A DNA stretch of 64,000 nt from Corynebacterium casei (GTDB taxonomy: Bacteria; Actinomycetota; Actinomycetes; Mycobacteriales; Mycobacteriaceae), in NCBI GenBank assembly GCA_030535535.1, contig JAUNRU010000005.1, positions 164-64,163 on the forward strand. Direction: 5' to 3'. Shown here piece after piece: positions 8,202-18,334 of the stretch. Position 1 is the stretch's first letter, and every line of letters begins with the position of its first letter. A model generated the notes under the pieces. It was not told where the DNA came from, did not search any database, and saw nothing but the letters and a program-made list of their open reading frames with translations. Position numbers and translations under genes: made by a program.

Positions 8202-10058
8202 ATGCAGTTTCACCACAATGGCTATGTATCTGAAGATCCACGCGTCCTACCCGCCCAAGGCTATGGCGTAGACCGAGACACCGAGCTTCCAGATGAGATG
8301 GATGTGCTCATTGTTGGTTCCGGGCCGGCGGGCATGATTGCGGCGGCGCAGCTGTCTATGTTCCCAAACGTTAATACCCGCCTCATTGAGCGCCGGCCTC
8401 ATCGTTTGAAGCTTGGGCAGGCTGACGGCATTCAGTCGCGTTCCGTGGAGACTTTCCAGGCTTTCGGCTTCGCCACTGAAATTACGGATGAAGCTTATGA
8501 GATCACGGAGATGTCTTTCTGGAATAAGGATCCTGAGAATCCAGAGAACATCGTTCGCGGTGCACGCCCGCTTGATGATGAATTTGGCATTTCCGAATTC
8601 CCGCACTTGATTGTGAACCAGGCGCGCGTGTTGGATTACTTTGCTCGCTTTGCCAAGTACGGCCCGGCGCGCATCACTCCGGACTATGGCTGGTCTTTTG
8701 TGAGCCTGGAAGTTGAGCAAGACGGTGAGCGCCCAGTGGCCGTCACGGTGGAGGATACCGATGGCAATCAGCGCGTCATTCACACCAAGTATGTGGTTGG
8801 CTGCGACGGCGCGCATTCCGGTGTGCGCAAGTCCATCGGCCGCACTATGGCGGGGGATAAGGCGAACCATGCGTGGGGCGTGGCGGATGTTGTGGTGGAA
8901 ACCAACTTCCCGGATTGGCGCACCAAGGCTGCTATTCACTCGAAGGCAGGCTCAGCACTGCACATTCCACGTGAGGGCGGCTACCTCTCACGCATGTACA
9001 TTGACTTAGGTGAAGTGCCGGCGGATGATAATGGCCAGATCCGCAAGACCACCATTGACACCATCGTGGGCAAGGCAAATGAGATTTATGCGCCGTACAC
9101 CATTGATGTCAAGGAAGTAGCGTGGCATTCGGTCTACGAAGTTGGTCACCGTCTGGTGGATTCTTTCCACGATCATGATGAGACTCCTCGCGTCTTCCTC
9201 ACCGGCGATGCCTGCCATACCCACTCCGCGAAGGCGGGTCAGGGCATGAATGTCTCGATGCAGGATGGTTTCAATATTGCGTGGAAGCTTGGGCATGTGC
9301 TTGATGGCCGTGCGCCGGAAGATTTGCTGTGTACTTACCACGGTGAGCGCCAGCCAGCCGCGCAGAACCTTATTAACTTTGACCGCGAATGGTCCACTCT
9401 GATGGCGACTCCAGTTGAGGAATTGGAAGATCCGGAGGCAGTGGAGAAGTACTACGTGGCTGCGGAAGAGTTTGCTGCGGGCATGCTCACTGAGTATGCA
9501 TCGAATGCCATCGTGGGTGATACGACGTATCAGGATCTGGCCACTGGTTTCCCGGTGGGCAAGCGGTTTAAGTCTTATGTTGCTAAGCGTCGCGCGGATG
9601 CACGCCTGCTACATCTTGGTCATCAGCATTTTGCCGATGGCCGCTACCGCATCTATGTCTTCGCGGACCAGACGGCACCGACCGCCGATGATTCAAACTC
9701 GCCGGTGGTGCAGTGGGCTGATGTTGTCAGCGAGGCTATTGCCAAGTACACCCCAGAGCGTGCCGATGAAAATGCTCTGGTTGATGTCAAGGTCATCTAC
9801 CAGCAGCATCACCATACTTATGAGCATGCGGATGCCCCACGTATCTTCCGCCCGCTCAACGGTAGGTACAAGATCACCAACTGGGAGAACGTATGGAATG
9901 CGGACAAGGATCAGGACATTTTTGATGCCCGCGGAATCTCTCGTGATGGCGCTGTGGTTATTGTGCGCCCGGATCAGTACGTTGGTGCGGTCTTACCGCT
10001 GGATAAGCCAGAGCTTGTCGATGCCTACTTTGCGAACAACCTCATCGCCCAAAAGTAG
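8202..10058 (+). CDS. FAD-dependent aromatic hydroxylase, phenol 2-monooxygenase/MobA family (candidate hydroxyphenylacetate hydroxylase)
   Basis: GSGPAG, GCDGAHS, GDACHTHSAKAGQGMN, C-terminal VVIVRPDQYV domain; RBS AGGAG before ATG 8202. Confidence 0.88.
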   Translation: MQFHHNGYVSEDPRVLPAQGYGVDRDTELPDEMDVLIVGSGPAGMIAAAQLSMFPNVNTRLIERRPHRLKLGQADGIQSRSVETFQAFGFATEITDEAYEITEMSFWNKDPENPENIVRGARPLDDEFGISEFPHLIVNQARVLDYFARFAKYGPARITPDYGWSFVSLEVEQDGERPVAVTVEDTDGNQRVIHTKYVVGCDGAHSGVRKSIGRTMAGDKANHAWGVADVVVETNFPDWRTKAAIHSKAGSALHIPREGGYLSRMYIDLGEVPADDNGQIRKTTIDTIVGKANEIYAPYTIDVKEVAWHSVYEVGHRLVDSFHDHDETPRVFLTGDACHTHSAKAGQGMNVSMQDGFNIAWKLGHVLDGRAPEDLLCTYHGERQPAAQNLINFDREWSTLMATPVEELEDPEAVEKYYVAAEEFAAGMLTEYASNAIVGDTTYQDLATGFPVGKRFKSYVAKRRADARLLHLGHQHFADGRYRIYVFADQTAPTADDSNSPVVQWADVVSEAIAKYTPERADENALVDVKVIYQQHHHTYEHADAPRIFRPLNGRYKITNWENVWNADKDQDIFDARGISRDGAVVIVRPDQYVGAVLPLDKPELVDAYFANNLIAQK

Positions 10059-10093
10059 TTAGGTCACTAAATTACTTTGTCTGTTTGTCGTGG

Positions 10094-10130
10094 TTAACAC
10101 ACACGTGGACTACTGAGTAGACTCACCAAC
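10094..10130 (+). promoter_or_regulatory. Probable sigma-A leaderless promoter of the pip/yhgE pair
   Basis: TTAACA-N18-TAGACT, then 7 nt to GTG start at 10131; no SD sequence. Confidence 0.45.
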
Positions 10131-12704
10131 GTGCTCCAAAGTTGGAAGATTTTAACAAGAGATATCAAACGCTTGGGCCGAGTGCCCAAAGCGTGGATCA
10201 TATTGATAGGCATGCTGTTTACACCGGCGTTGTACTCCTGGTTCAACGTCGCAGCATTCTGGGATCCCTATAGTTCAACCGAGAACATCAAGGTCACCGT
10301 GGTCAATGAGGACCTCGGTGGGGATTCTGATGCCATCGGCCACTTGGATGTTGGCAAACAGATGGTGGAGCAGTTGCGGCAAAATGATCAGCTTGGCTGG
10401 CAGTTTGAGGATGCCGCAACTGCAGAAGAAAACCTCAAACGAGGCGACACCTATGCAACCATCATCATCCCTGAGGACTTCACTTCTGACCTGCTGGCGG
10501 TGACAGAGGGGACGTTGTCGAAGCCGACGTTGGAGTACCGGGTCAATGAAAAAGCGAGTGCTATTACTCCACAGATCACAGACTCTGGTGCAACGTCTGT
10601 TGATCAGGCGATTACTGCAGCGCTCAAGCAGCAGATCGCTGAGGCTGCCTCCGAGGCAATTAGTGATGAAGGCAAGTCCCTGAAAGACGCCATTGTTGAG
10701 GCGCGAGATACCACCAATAATTCCTTCGGTGAGACGGCTCAAAACCTCCAGTCGGCGCGTGGGGGATTGGATGACTTCAAGGCACGCCTGAGCGACGCAG
10801 AAGGCTCCGTTGGTGGCGCGAAGGATACAGTCGCGCAGATTGATCAGGCACTGGTTGAAAGCCAGGATGCACTCGCACAAGTGCAATCACTGGCCGAGAC
10901 TGCACAGCAGGAGATGACCTCTTTTACTGATCAGACCACCTCTGCTTTCGTCGATGGCAGCGCTGCCGTCGCGGAAGGTACTGCGTCCGCGAAGGCATCG
11001 ATAGCTGATATCAATGCTTCCTTGCAGCAGACCAGTGGCCGCTTGAATTCTGCGGGCCAGCAAACTAACGATGCCATTCAGGCTGGCAGAGACGCCATCT
11101 CCCAGGTTGAAGGCCTGCTCGATAGCACCGCGCTTGCGCCCGGTGTGGCTGCGCCGTTGGAAGATACGTTGCAGCGCTTGAAGACTGGCAACGCCGCAAC
11201 AGAGCGCATGCTTGCGGATATCGAGGGCCTCAACTCGGATACTTCTTCCACCGTGGCAGCGATTTCCGAAGCAGCAGATGCAGTCGATGCCGCTGCACAA
11301 GACACCAGCTCCGCAACACAGGCTTTGCGTGATGCCGTGGGCGGCGGCATTCCGGCGCTCAACAGCGCTTTGAGCAATCTCAGCAGCACCGCTGGCGCCT
11401 TCGCTGGTTCCCTCGAGGGCCAGCGTGCCACGCTGTCGGAGGCAAACAACCTCATCGATAGTGTGGTGTCCCAGCTGTCTTCTACCCGTGACGCACTGGA
11501 TGATTTCGACCTCACGCTGGCTGGTATCGAAGATGGCGTCCGCAACGTGCGCAATGACATCCTAGCGCTGACTGCTTCTTCCAACTCTGATGTTCTCACC
11601 ACCGTGACTGGTTTGAATTCTGAGGATATTGGTGACTTCTTCGCTTCTCCCGTCACGATTGAAAGCGAACCAGTCTTCGAAGTGAATTCCTACGGTTCCG
11701 CTATGGCTGGCCTGTTCACCAACTTGTCGCTGTGGATTGGCGCGTTCATGCTCATGGTGGTCTTCCGCGTGGAAGTAGACACCGAAGGATTCAAACGCGT
11801 CACCGTGCGCCAGGCTTATATCGGGCGCTTTCTTCTCATGGCCATTATGGTCTCCCTCCAGGCGGTTATTGTTACCGTGGGCAACCTGATCATCGGCGTG
11901 CAAACCGTCAACGCCCTGGCGTTCATCGGCACCGCAGTCTTGGTCGGACTAGCTTATTTGAGCATCATTTATGCCTTAGCCTCAACCTTGGGCTTGGTGG
12001 GCAAATTCAGCGCCGTGCTGCTTGTCATCATGCAGATCCCCGGCGCCTCAGGGCTGTACCCAATTGAGCTGATGCCGGGATTCTTCAAGGCGCTTTATCC
12101 ATTCCTGCCATTCTCCTACGGTATTGATGCCCTCCGAGAAACCATCGGTGGCTTCTACGGCACGCACTACCTGCAGTTCATGGCGATGCTAGCGGTCATG
12201 GCGGTCGTAGCTTTCATCGCAGGCATTCTATTACGTAAAAACATCGGCCATTTCAGCATGCTCTTTAACCGCGAGATGGCCAAGAGTGAGCTGTTTGAAG
12301 CCGAGAACGTTCAAGTCGTCGGTGATGGCTACCGTCTTGCGGACGTGGTTCGTGCGCTCGAAGACCGCGAAGGCTTTGCCGAAGAAATCAGCAAACAAGC
12401 CGAAAGCTATACCCGGCGCATTCACATTACCGCTGGCATCGGTGTCGTCGGCGTTGTTGTGCTTGCGATTGCCGCGTGGGTACTCCCGGACTCGAAGGCC
12501 GTCCTTCTCGGCATGTGGACCGGCTGGACGCTCCTGCTCATGGGTCTCATCATTGCATTCGATTACATCCGCAAATCACTCAAACAGTCTGAAGAGATCA
12601 TCCACTTGGACGATAAGACCCTGCATGAATCCGTCTCTGCTCAGGCCACCGGCCTGCACACGGTTAGCACCGGAAGCACCGTCAACAACAAGGAAGGGGA
12701 GTAG
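10131..12704 (+). CDS. YhgE/Pip family membrane protein
   Basis: N-terminal WFNVAAFWDPY...VVNEDLG, long helical ectodomain, YGSAMA...LWIG, C-terminal TMs with QIPGASGLYP and PFSYGIDALRE. Confidence 0.9.
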   Translation: MLQSWKILTRDIKRLGRVPKAWIILIGMLFTPALYSWFNVAAFWDPYSSTENIKVTVVNEDLGGDSDAIGHLDVGKQMVEQLRQNDQLGWQFEDAATAEENLKRGDTYATIIIPEDFTSDLLAVTEGTLSKPTLEYRVNEKASAITPQITDSGATSVDQAITAALKQQIAEAASEAISDEGKSLKDAIVEARDTTNNSFGETAQNLQSARGGLDDFKARLSDAEGSVGGAKDTVAQIDQALVESQDALAQVQSLAETAQQEMTSFTDQTTSAFVDGSAAVAEGTASAKASIADINASLQQTSGRLNSAGQQTNDAIQAGRDAISQVEGLLDSTALAPGVAAPLEDTLQRLKTGNAATERMLADIEGLNSDTSSTVAAISEAADAVDAAAQDTSSATQALRDAVGGGIPALNSALSNLSSTAGAFAGSLEGQRATLSEANNLIDSVVSQLSSTRDALDDFDLTLAGIEDGVRNVRNDILALTASSNSDVLTTVTGLNSEDIGDFFASPVTIESEPVFEVNSYGSAMAGLFTNLSLWIGAFMLMVVFRVEVDTEGFKRVTVRQAYIGRFLLMAIMVSLQAVIVTVGNLIIGVQTVNALAFIGTAVLVGLAYLSIIYALASTLGLVGKFSAVLLVIMQIPGASGLYPIELMPGFFKALYPFLPFSYGIDALRETIGGFYGTHYLQFMAMLAVMAVVAFIAGILLRKNIGHFSMLFNREMAKSELFEAENVQVVGDGYRLADVVRALEDREGFAEEISKQAESYTRRIHITAGIGVVGVVVLAIAAWVLPDSKAVLLGMWTGWTLLLMGLIIAFDYIRKSLKQSEEIIHLDDKTLHESVSAQATGLHTVSTGSTVNNKEGE

Positions 12705-12706
12705 TC

Positions 12707-14875
12707 ATGTTGGATGCCCTTTCTGTTGTTAAGAATGACATTTCTAAGGTCAGCCGCAGCGTCATGGCCTCATGCCTGCTGCTTTTCCTCATCATCATTC
12801 CGCTGCTTTTCACGTGGTTTAACGTGCTGGCTAGCTGGGATCCTTTTGGCAATACCAAGCATCTCAAGATTGCGGTGGCCAGTGAAGATGCCGGCTACAC
12901 CAGTGATTTCTTTCCCATTGAAGTCAATGTCGGTGAGCAAGTACTCTCCCAAATTCGTGCCAATGACCAGATGGACTGGGTCATCACTGATGCTGCCGAT
13001 GCCGAGGAAGGCACGCGTTCGGGTGAGTACTATGCCTCTATCATTTTGCCGGAGTCTTTCAGCGATGACATGCTAACTTTCTACGCGGATGGTTCTGAGC
13101 CCGCTGAAATCACGCTGCACACCAATGAAAAGAAGAACGCTCTGGCACCGACGCTGGCTAACAAAGGCGCGCAGGGTTTATCTTCCAGCATCGCTGAAAC
13201 CTTTACCCACACCATCGGTGAAGTATCCCTCGGGTTAGTGTCATCCCTATCGGACTTCCTGGATAAAGACGATACGCAGGATGCTCTCAACCGCATCGAA
13301 GCCCGTGCCGAAAGCGTGCAATCACAGCTTCGCAGCGGTGCCCGCACCGCACGCACGATGGGCCAGTTGGCCGAATCCGCTCTTCCATTGATGGAAAGCG
13401 CCCAGCGCATTATCGATGCCCCGTTGCCTGAGCTGCCTGACACCGCTCGGAATAATCAAAGCGATATTACTGGCTCCGCGGATTTCCTCGACGGCGCATT
13501 ATCCTCAGTGCGTGACAGCTACTCGGAAGTAGGGCAGCGCATCGATACGCTCTATGACACAGCGAGTGTTTCACGTGAAACCCGATCCCAGACCTTGAAC
13601 ACGTTGGCGGACAATGTCCAACTCAACATTGACGCTTATAAAGGTTTGCGCGATACCGTTAACTCTGACATTCGCCCTGTCTTGCCGGGGGAGACCGCCC
13701 AACTGCGCGGGCAACTCGATGAAGCAATCAGTGCCCAGGAAAGCGTTCGCGATCGCCTGCACGCCGCAGCCGAATCACCGTCTCCTGAAAAGCCAGATTT
13801 CTCCGCCCTGGACCAGGCAGCCGATGCGGTAGAAGGAGTCCGCAATTCTGGGCTTCGTGACCAAATCAGCGAACTGGGCGACACCCTGCGCGGCATCGGT
13901 GCCTCCATCGATCTGCCGGAAGGAAACATCAACCTCAACACGGATTCTCTCACCGGTGCGCGCGATGCCCTCAACGGTGTGGGGGATACGTTGGATGACA
14001 ACGCCAACCGTCTCAATGATCTAAGAAATCGCATCAGTTCTGCCAGTGAGACAGGTGACCTGTCGGAGCTGGCAAACATCGTTGGCGACGATCCGGAAGC
14101 TCTAGCGTCTTTCCTCGCCGCACCCGTGCAAGTTGATCGCCAGGAAGTCTTCCCCGTCAACAGTTTCGGCGCCGGCATGACCCCGCTGTATACCACTCTC
14201 GCATTGTGGGTCGGCGGCATCCTTGCCTCGGTCGCCCTGCGCACCGACATCACTGCCTGGATTCCAAAGCGCCGGCAAACTCCTGTCGATGCTGACATAG
14301 ACACAGACGCAGAAGAAATAGCCGCAGACGATGAAGAAGTATCAGAAGAGCTAAGTACAGAACCTCAGGAGATCGGCCCGCTTGCCAAGTACTTTGGCCG
14401 CTTCGGAACCTTCGCACTCATCGGCCTGGCGCAGTCCACGCTGCTGACGCTGGGGCTCATCTTCTTCGTGAAGGTCGAACCAGCTCACCCATTCTTGCTG
14501 GTTCTTGCCGGATGGGTTGCATCAACTATCTTCATGCTGTTGATTTACGCACTAACTGTGGCACTTGGTAATGCCGGTAAGGCACTCTCGGTATTGCTAT
14601 TAGTCATGCAGATTTCCAGCGCTGGCGGCTCGTATCCACTGCAGCTGCTTCCAGAGTGGTTCCAGAACGTCAGCCCGGGGCTTCCAGCTACCTACACGGT
14701 GCGCGCTTTCCGCGCTGCCATCGCCGGAATCTACGAAGCCGATTACTGGATTGCGCTGGGCACCTTGCTGCTGTTTATTATCCCGGCACTCATCTTGGGT
14801 GTTGTTCTGCGTAAGCCTTTTGCCAAGTACACCTCGAGCCTTGATGAAGCACTGGCAAAGACCAAGATGATGTAA
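12707..14875 (+). CDS. YhgE/Pip family membrane protein (second paralog)
   Basis: WFNVLASWDPF...VASEDAG, FGAGMTPLY..LALWVG, QISSAGGSYP; 2 nt from previous gene. Confidence 0.9.
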   Translation: MLDALSVVKNDISKVSRSVMASCLLLFLIIIPLLFTWFNVLASWDPFGNTKHLKIAVASEDAGYTSDFFPIEVNVGEQVLSQIRANDQMDWVITDAADAEEGTRSGEYYASIILPESFSDDMLTFYADGSEPAEITLHTNEKKNALAPTLANKGAQGLSSSIAETFTHTIGEVSLGLVSSLSDFLDKDDTQDALNRIEARAESVQSQLRSGARTARTMGQLAESALPLMESAQRIIDAPLPELPDTARNNQSDITGSADFLDGALSSVRDSYSEVGQRIDTLYDTASVSRETRSQTLNTLADNVQLNIDAYKGLRDTVNSDIRPVLPGETAQLRGQLDEAISAQESVRDRLHAAAESPSPEKPDFSALDQAADAVEGVRNSGLRDQISELGDTLRGIGASIDLPEGNINLNTDSLTGARDALNGVGDTLDDNANRLNDLRNRISSASETGDLSELANIVGDDPEALASFLAAPVQVDRQEVFPVNSFGAGMTPLYTTLALWVGGILASVALRTDITAWIPKRRQTPVDADIDTDAEEIAADDEEVSEELSTEPQEIGPLAKYFGRFGTFALIGLAQSTLLTLGLIFFVKVEPAHPFLLVLAGWVASTIFMLLIYALTVALGNAGKALSVLLLVMQISSAGGSYPLQLLPEWFQNVSPGLPATYTVRAFRAAIAGIYEADYWIALGTLLLFIIPALILGVVLRKPFAKYTSSLDEALAKTKMM
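13567..13582. other. parS site (inside second pip gene)
   Basis: TGTTTCACGTGAAACC, 15/16 to consensus TGTTTCACGTGAAACA. Confidence 0.8.
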
Positions 14876-14926
14876 CTACGATGGGCGCTGTCAGGTAACC
14901 AACTCCGACAAAGGAGGAGAAAAACA

Positions 14927-15460
14927 ATGACAAACCTCAATAACCGCAAGGTCGCCGTACTTGCAACAAACGGATTCGAAGATTCTGAGCTGACCAGCCC
15001 AGTCGAGGCCGTTAAGCAGGCAGGTGCCACTGTCACCATTATCTCTACTAAAGCTCAGACCATCACGGGCAAGAACGGCACCGAAATTCAGGTCGATAAC
15101 ACTTCCGCATCTGCAAATGCCGATGATTTCGACGCACTAATTCTGCCCGGCGGAACCAGTAATGCCGATAAGATTCGCATGGATTCCGACGCCGTAAAGT
15201 TCGTCGCTGATATTTTTGTGGCCGGTAAACCAACCGGTGTCATCTGCCACGGCGCGTGGATCTTGACTGATGCTGATGTTCTTAAAGGCCGCACCCTCAC
15301 ATCCTTCCCAAGTATTCAAACTGACCTGCGCAATGCAGGCGCTACTTGGGTGGACGAGGAAGTCCACACAGATAACGGACTAGTGTCCTCCCGAACCCCA
15401 GACGATCTTCCGGCATTTAACGCCAAGATCGTCGAAGAATTCGCTGAGGGTGAGCACTAA
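14927..15460 (+). CDS. PfpI/DJ-1 family protein (type 1 glutamine amidotransferase-like; protease/deglycase)
   Basis: GFEDSE, LILPGG, ICHG, SSRTPDDLPAF motifs. Confidence 0.92.
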   Translation: MTNLNNRKVAVLATNGFEDSELTSPVEAVKQAGATVTIISTKAQTITGKNGTEIQVDNTSASANADDFDALILPGGTSNADKIRMDSDAVKFVADIFVAGKPTGVICHGAWILTDADVLKGRTLTSFPSIQTDLRNAGATWVDEEVHTDNGLVSSRTPDDLPAFNAKIVEEFAEGEH

Positions 15461-16023
15461 AAACCGTACTCTGCTTCCTTGTCAGCCCGGATCTTTTGAT
15501 AGGTCTGAGTCAACACCACGGTGTCTTCTACAAGGCGGTCTAGCCGCTGGATGACATCGTGGTTTACTATTTCCCCGCGCAAAAGGTCGTTGCCTTCAAC
15601 GAAGACATAAGGTTGCACAACCTGGGCCTTCATGTAGGTCACGATGGGTTGTAACTGCTGCGCTAGAACGAGGTAGTGCTTGGCGGAGCCGGCGGTGGCA
15701 AACATGCCCACAACTTTGTCGCGGAAGGCATTGGTGGGCAGGATGTCAAAGACATTCTTCAGGGCCGCCGGGATGGAGGCTTGGAACACCGGCGTGCCGA
15801 TGATCAATGCATCAGCGTCCATAATGGTTCGCGCGATGCGCCCGGTATCGCCGGTGTACTCGGTGAAGTTTCGGCCATCAGAGAAGACCATCTCTACCTC
15901 AGCAAGGTCGATAATCTGAACGGCTATCTCCGAGTCATATGCGGCTAGGGCCTTCTGCACATAGTCGGTAACCACCCTGGTTTTCGTGCCAACATTAGAG
16001 CCGGAAATGAGTACTACGCGCAT
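15457..16023 (-). CDS. NADPH-dependent FMN reductase
   Basis: ISGS..G.KT, IGTPVFQASIPAALKNVFD, ATAGS; start overlaps LLM stop by 1 nt. Confidence 0.9.
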   Translation of the reverse strand: MRVVLISGSNVGTKTRVVTDYVQKALAAYDSEIAVQIIDLAEVEMVFSDGRNFTEYTGDTGRIARTIMDADALIIGTPVFQASIPAALKNVFDILPTNAFRDKVVGMFATAGSAKHYLVLAQQLQPIVTYMKAQVVQPYVFVEGNDLLRGEIVNHDVIQRLDRLVEDTVVLTQTYQKIRADKEAEYGF

Positions 16024-17117
16024 TATTTATCCCCCTGGTTGCTAGAAGCCGTGTATTTCCGGATTGCCGGAATAATCTCCTCACCGATGATATCGATCTG
16101 CTTCATTACATCAGCAAATTCCACACCACCGAAATCGATCTGGCCAATATAGCGCTGATGACCGAAGACCTCATGTTGGTGCAAGATTTTCTCAATGACC
16201 TGCTGTGGGCTACCCAGGTTCGCGATACTCATCGGGTCCACGCTTTGGGCGTACATCTGCTTCGGCATGCCCTGGCCGTTGGTGCGGATCATGCCCTCGT
16301 TCATGTGGCTGTACGTATTTTGCAGAGCCTTTTGTGAAGTCTCTGCCACGTGGAAGAAGCCAGCGGTGGTGATGGGCAGTGTTGCCGGATCAAAACCAGC
16401 ATGTTCAGCCGCTTGGCGGTAGGAATCAACGGTGCGCTGAAAGACGGAAGTGGTGCCGCCGAGGTGTGCCATCACCATCGGTACGCCAGCAAGACCAGCC
16501 TTAATAGCGCTGCCGGGAGCACCACCAACGGCACGCCAAATGCGCAGACGCTCTTCGGCAGGACGCGGGATAACCTCGGCGTCATTCAACGGCGCGCGGA
16601 ACTTACCCGACCAGGTCACGGACTCTTCCCGGTTAATCTGCAGCAGCAGCTCAAGCTTTTCCTCATAAAGCTCCTCATAATCCCGCAAGTCATAACCCAG
16701 CAGCTCAAAAAGGCCGACGCGGGATGCGCGTCCGGCTACTAATTCAGCGCGGCCATTGGAGATCAGATCGAGGGTAGAGAAGTTCTCATACACGCGCACC
16801 GGATCGGAGGTAGAGATAATGGTGGAGGAACTACCAATCCGGATCTTCTCCGTTGCTTGCGCAATGGCACCCAAAATTACGGCGTGCGCCTGGGAGGCAA
16901 AGTACTCTTGGTGGGATTCACCCAACCCGAAATACGCCAGGCCCGCCTGCTCAGCAGCCTGCGCGTAGCGGATGAACTCGTGTACACGCTCACCCGCGCT
17001 AACACGGGAACCATCCTTCGGGTTAGGGAGATGATCACCGAGTGTATAAATACCAATTTCTAAGCCTTGACCTTGGTCAAAGCCAAAATCGTGCATGGGG
17101 TTTGAGGGTGCAGTCAT
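16023..17117 (-). CDS. LLM-class (luciferase-like) flavin-dependent monooxygenase
   Basis: GESH, DPVRVYENFSTLDLISNGRAELVAGR, GSPQQVIEKI motifs. Confidence 0.9.
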   Translation of the reverse strand: MTAPSNPMHDFGFDQGQGLEIGIYTLGDHLPNPKDGSRVSAGERVHEFIRYAQAAEQAGLAYFGLGESHQEYFASQAHAVILGAIAQATEKIRIGSSSTIISTSDPVRVYENFSTLDLISNGRAELVAGRASRVGLFELLGYDLRDYEELYEEKLELLLQINREESVTWSGKFRAPLNDAEVIPRPAEERLRIWRAVGGAPGSAIKAGLAGVPMVMAHLGGTTSVFQRTVDSYRQAAEHAGFDPATLPITTAGFFHVAETSQKALQNTYSHMNEGMIRTNGQGMPKQMYAQSVDPMSIANLGSPQQVIEKILHQHEVFGHQRYIGQIDFGGVEFADVMKQIDIIGEEIIPAIRKYTASSNQGDK

Positions 17118-17234
17118 GGGGAGATTCCTTAATAACTTTGTGGTGTTCTTGGTCTAATCATTCCAATGAATGACCTGACGGAACTATTCCCCAACACCCT
17201 ATATATGTGACGTGTCACCAACCCCAAATGGGGT

Positions 17235-18272
17235 TTAGAAAGAGTTAAATGCCTTCAGCAAAACCTCGGACTCTTCGGCCGTCGTCGCGGTGATGCGTAC
17301 GCCTTCTGGGAAGGCGCGCACTAAGACGCCAGCTGCAGCAAAATCGGCGGCAATGTCTTGTGGCTGCTTCGGTAGGGAAGCGGCCGGGAGCCACACGAAG
17401 TTCGCTTCAGATGCGATGGCACCCCAGGCGGCAAAGGCGGTGGTGATGCGGTCGCGTTCGATCACGGCGGCATCGATACGCTCTTTAAGCTCTTCTTTCG
17501 CCTGCAACGCTGCCACGGCACCGGCTTGAGCCACAGAGTTCACTGAGAAAGGAATAGCCACTTTGTTCAACGCCTCAACCAGCGGGCGAGAACCGAAGGC
17601 ATAGCCCACGCGTGCGCCGGCCAAACCATAAGCCTTGGAGAAAGTACGCAAGCCCACGACGTTGTCATATTTAGCAATAACGTCGGTGCCCACCGGCTGG
17701 TTCTCACCACGGTTGTACTCAAAATAAGCCTCATCTAGGCCGACCACAACATGCGCAGGAACCTTGGCCATGAAAGCCTCAAACTCGTCATTGTTAATGG
17801 TGGTGCCCGTTGGATTGTTCGGGTTGCAGATAAAGATCAAGCTGGTCTTATCCGTTACCGCCGCAGCGATTGCGTCCAGGTCCACGCCCTGTTCAGGGGT
17901 CAGCGCAACTGGAACTGGGGTAGCGCCAACAACCTGCACGAAGATGGGATAAGCCTCAAAGCTGCGCCACGGGAAGATGACCTCATTCTCAGCCGTGGTG
18001 GTGGCCTGCACCAGCTGTTGGCACAGTGCGGATGAGCCCGTGCCCACCGCGGTCTGCTCAAAGTCCACACCCAAGTGCTGTGCCAGCTGCGTGCGCAGTT
18101 CCACCGCGCCCATATCCGGATAACGGTTAACGCCAGCGGCGGCGTCAGCCATCGCCTGGGCTGCCGATGGAAGTGGGGCAAAAGACGACTCATTCGATGA
18201 CAGTTTTACCGCATCATCCATGCGTGCGCCGGGAACATAGGCCGGAAGATTATCCAGGTCTGGTCGGATCAT
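17235..18272 (-). CDS. pat: HisC-family aromatic amino acid aminotransferase (Pat/AroT-like)
   Basis: KLSSNE, NRYPD, WRSFEAYP, CNPNNPTG, DEAY, RTFSKAYGLAG; the WRSFEAY signature and location outside a his operon favour Pat over HisC. Confidence 0.8.
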   Translation of the reverse strand: MIRPDLDNLPAYVPGARMDDAVKLSSNESSFAPLPSAAQAMADAAAGVNRYPDMGAVELRTQLAQHLGVDFEQTAVGTGSSALCQQLVQATTTAENEVIFPWRSFEAYPIFVQVVGATPVPVALTPEQGVDLDAIAAAVTDKTSLIFICNPNNPTGTTINNDEFEAFMAKVPAHVVVGLDEAYFEYNRGENQPVGTDVIAKYDNVVGLRTFSKAYGLAGARVGYAFGSRPLVEALNKVAIPFSVNSVAQAGAVAALQAKEELKERIDAAVIERDRITTAFAAWGAIASEANFVWLPAASLPKQPQDIAADFAAAGVLVRAFPEGVRITATTAEESEVLLKAFNSF

Positions 18273-18334
18273 TATCAGGTGCTACCTTTTCTTTCTCTTA
18301 AACCGCAATTGAAACCATCTTAGTCCCGCACACC

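Noticed and set aside
17235-18272. Assignment as histidine-biosynthetic hisC
   Set aside because: No his genes nearby; sequence signature and neighbouring decarboxylase favour the aromatic aminotransferase paralog.
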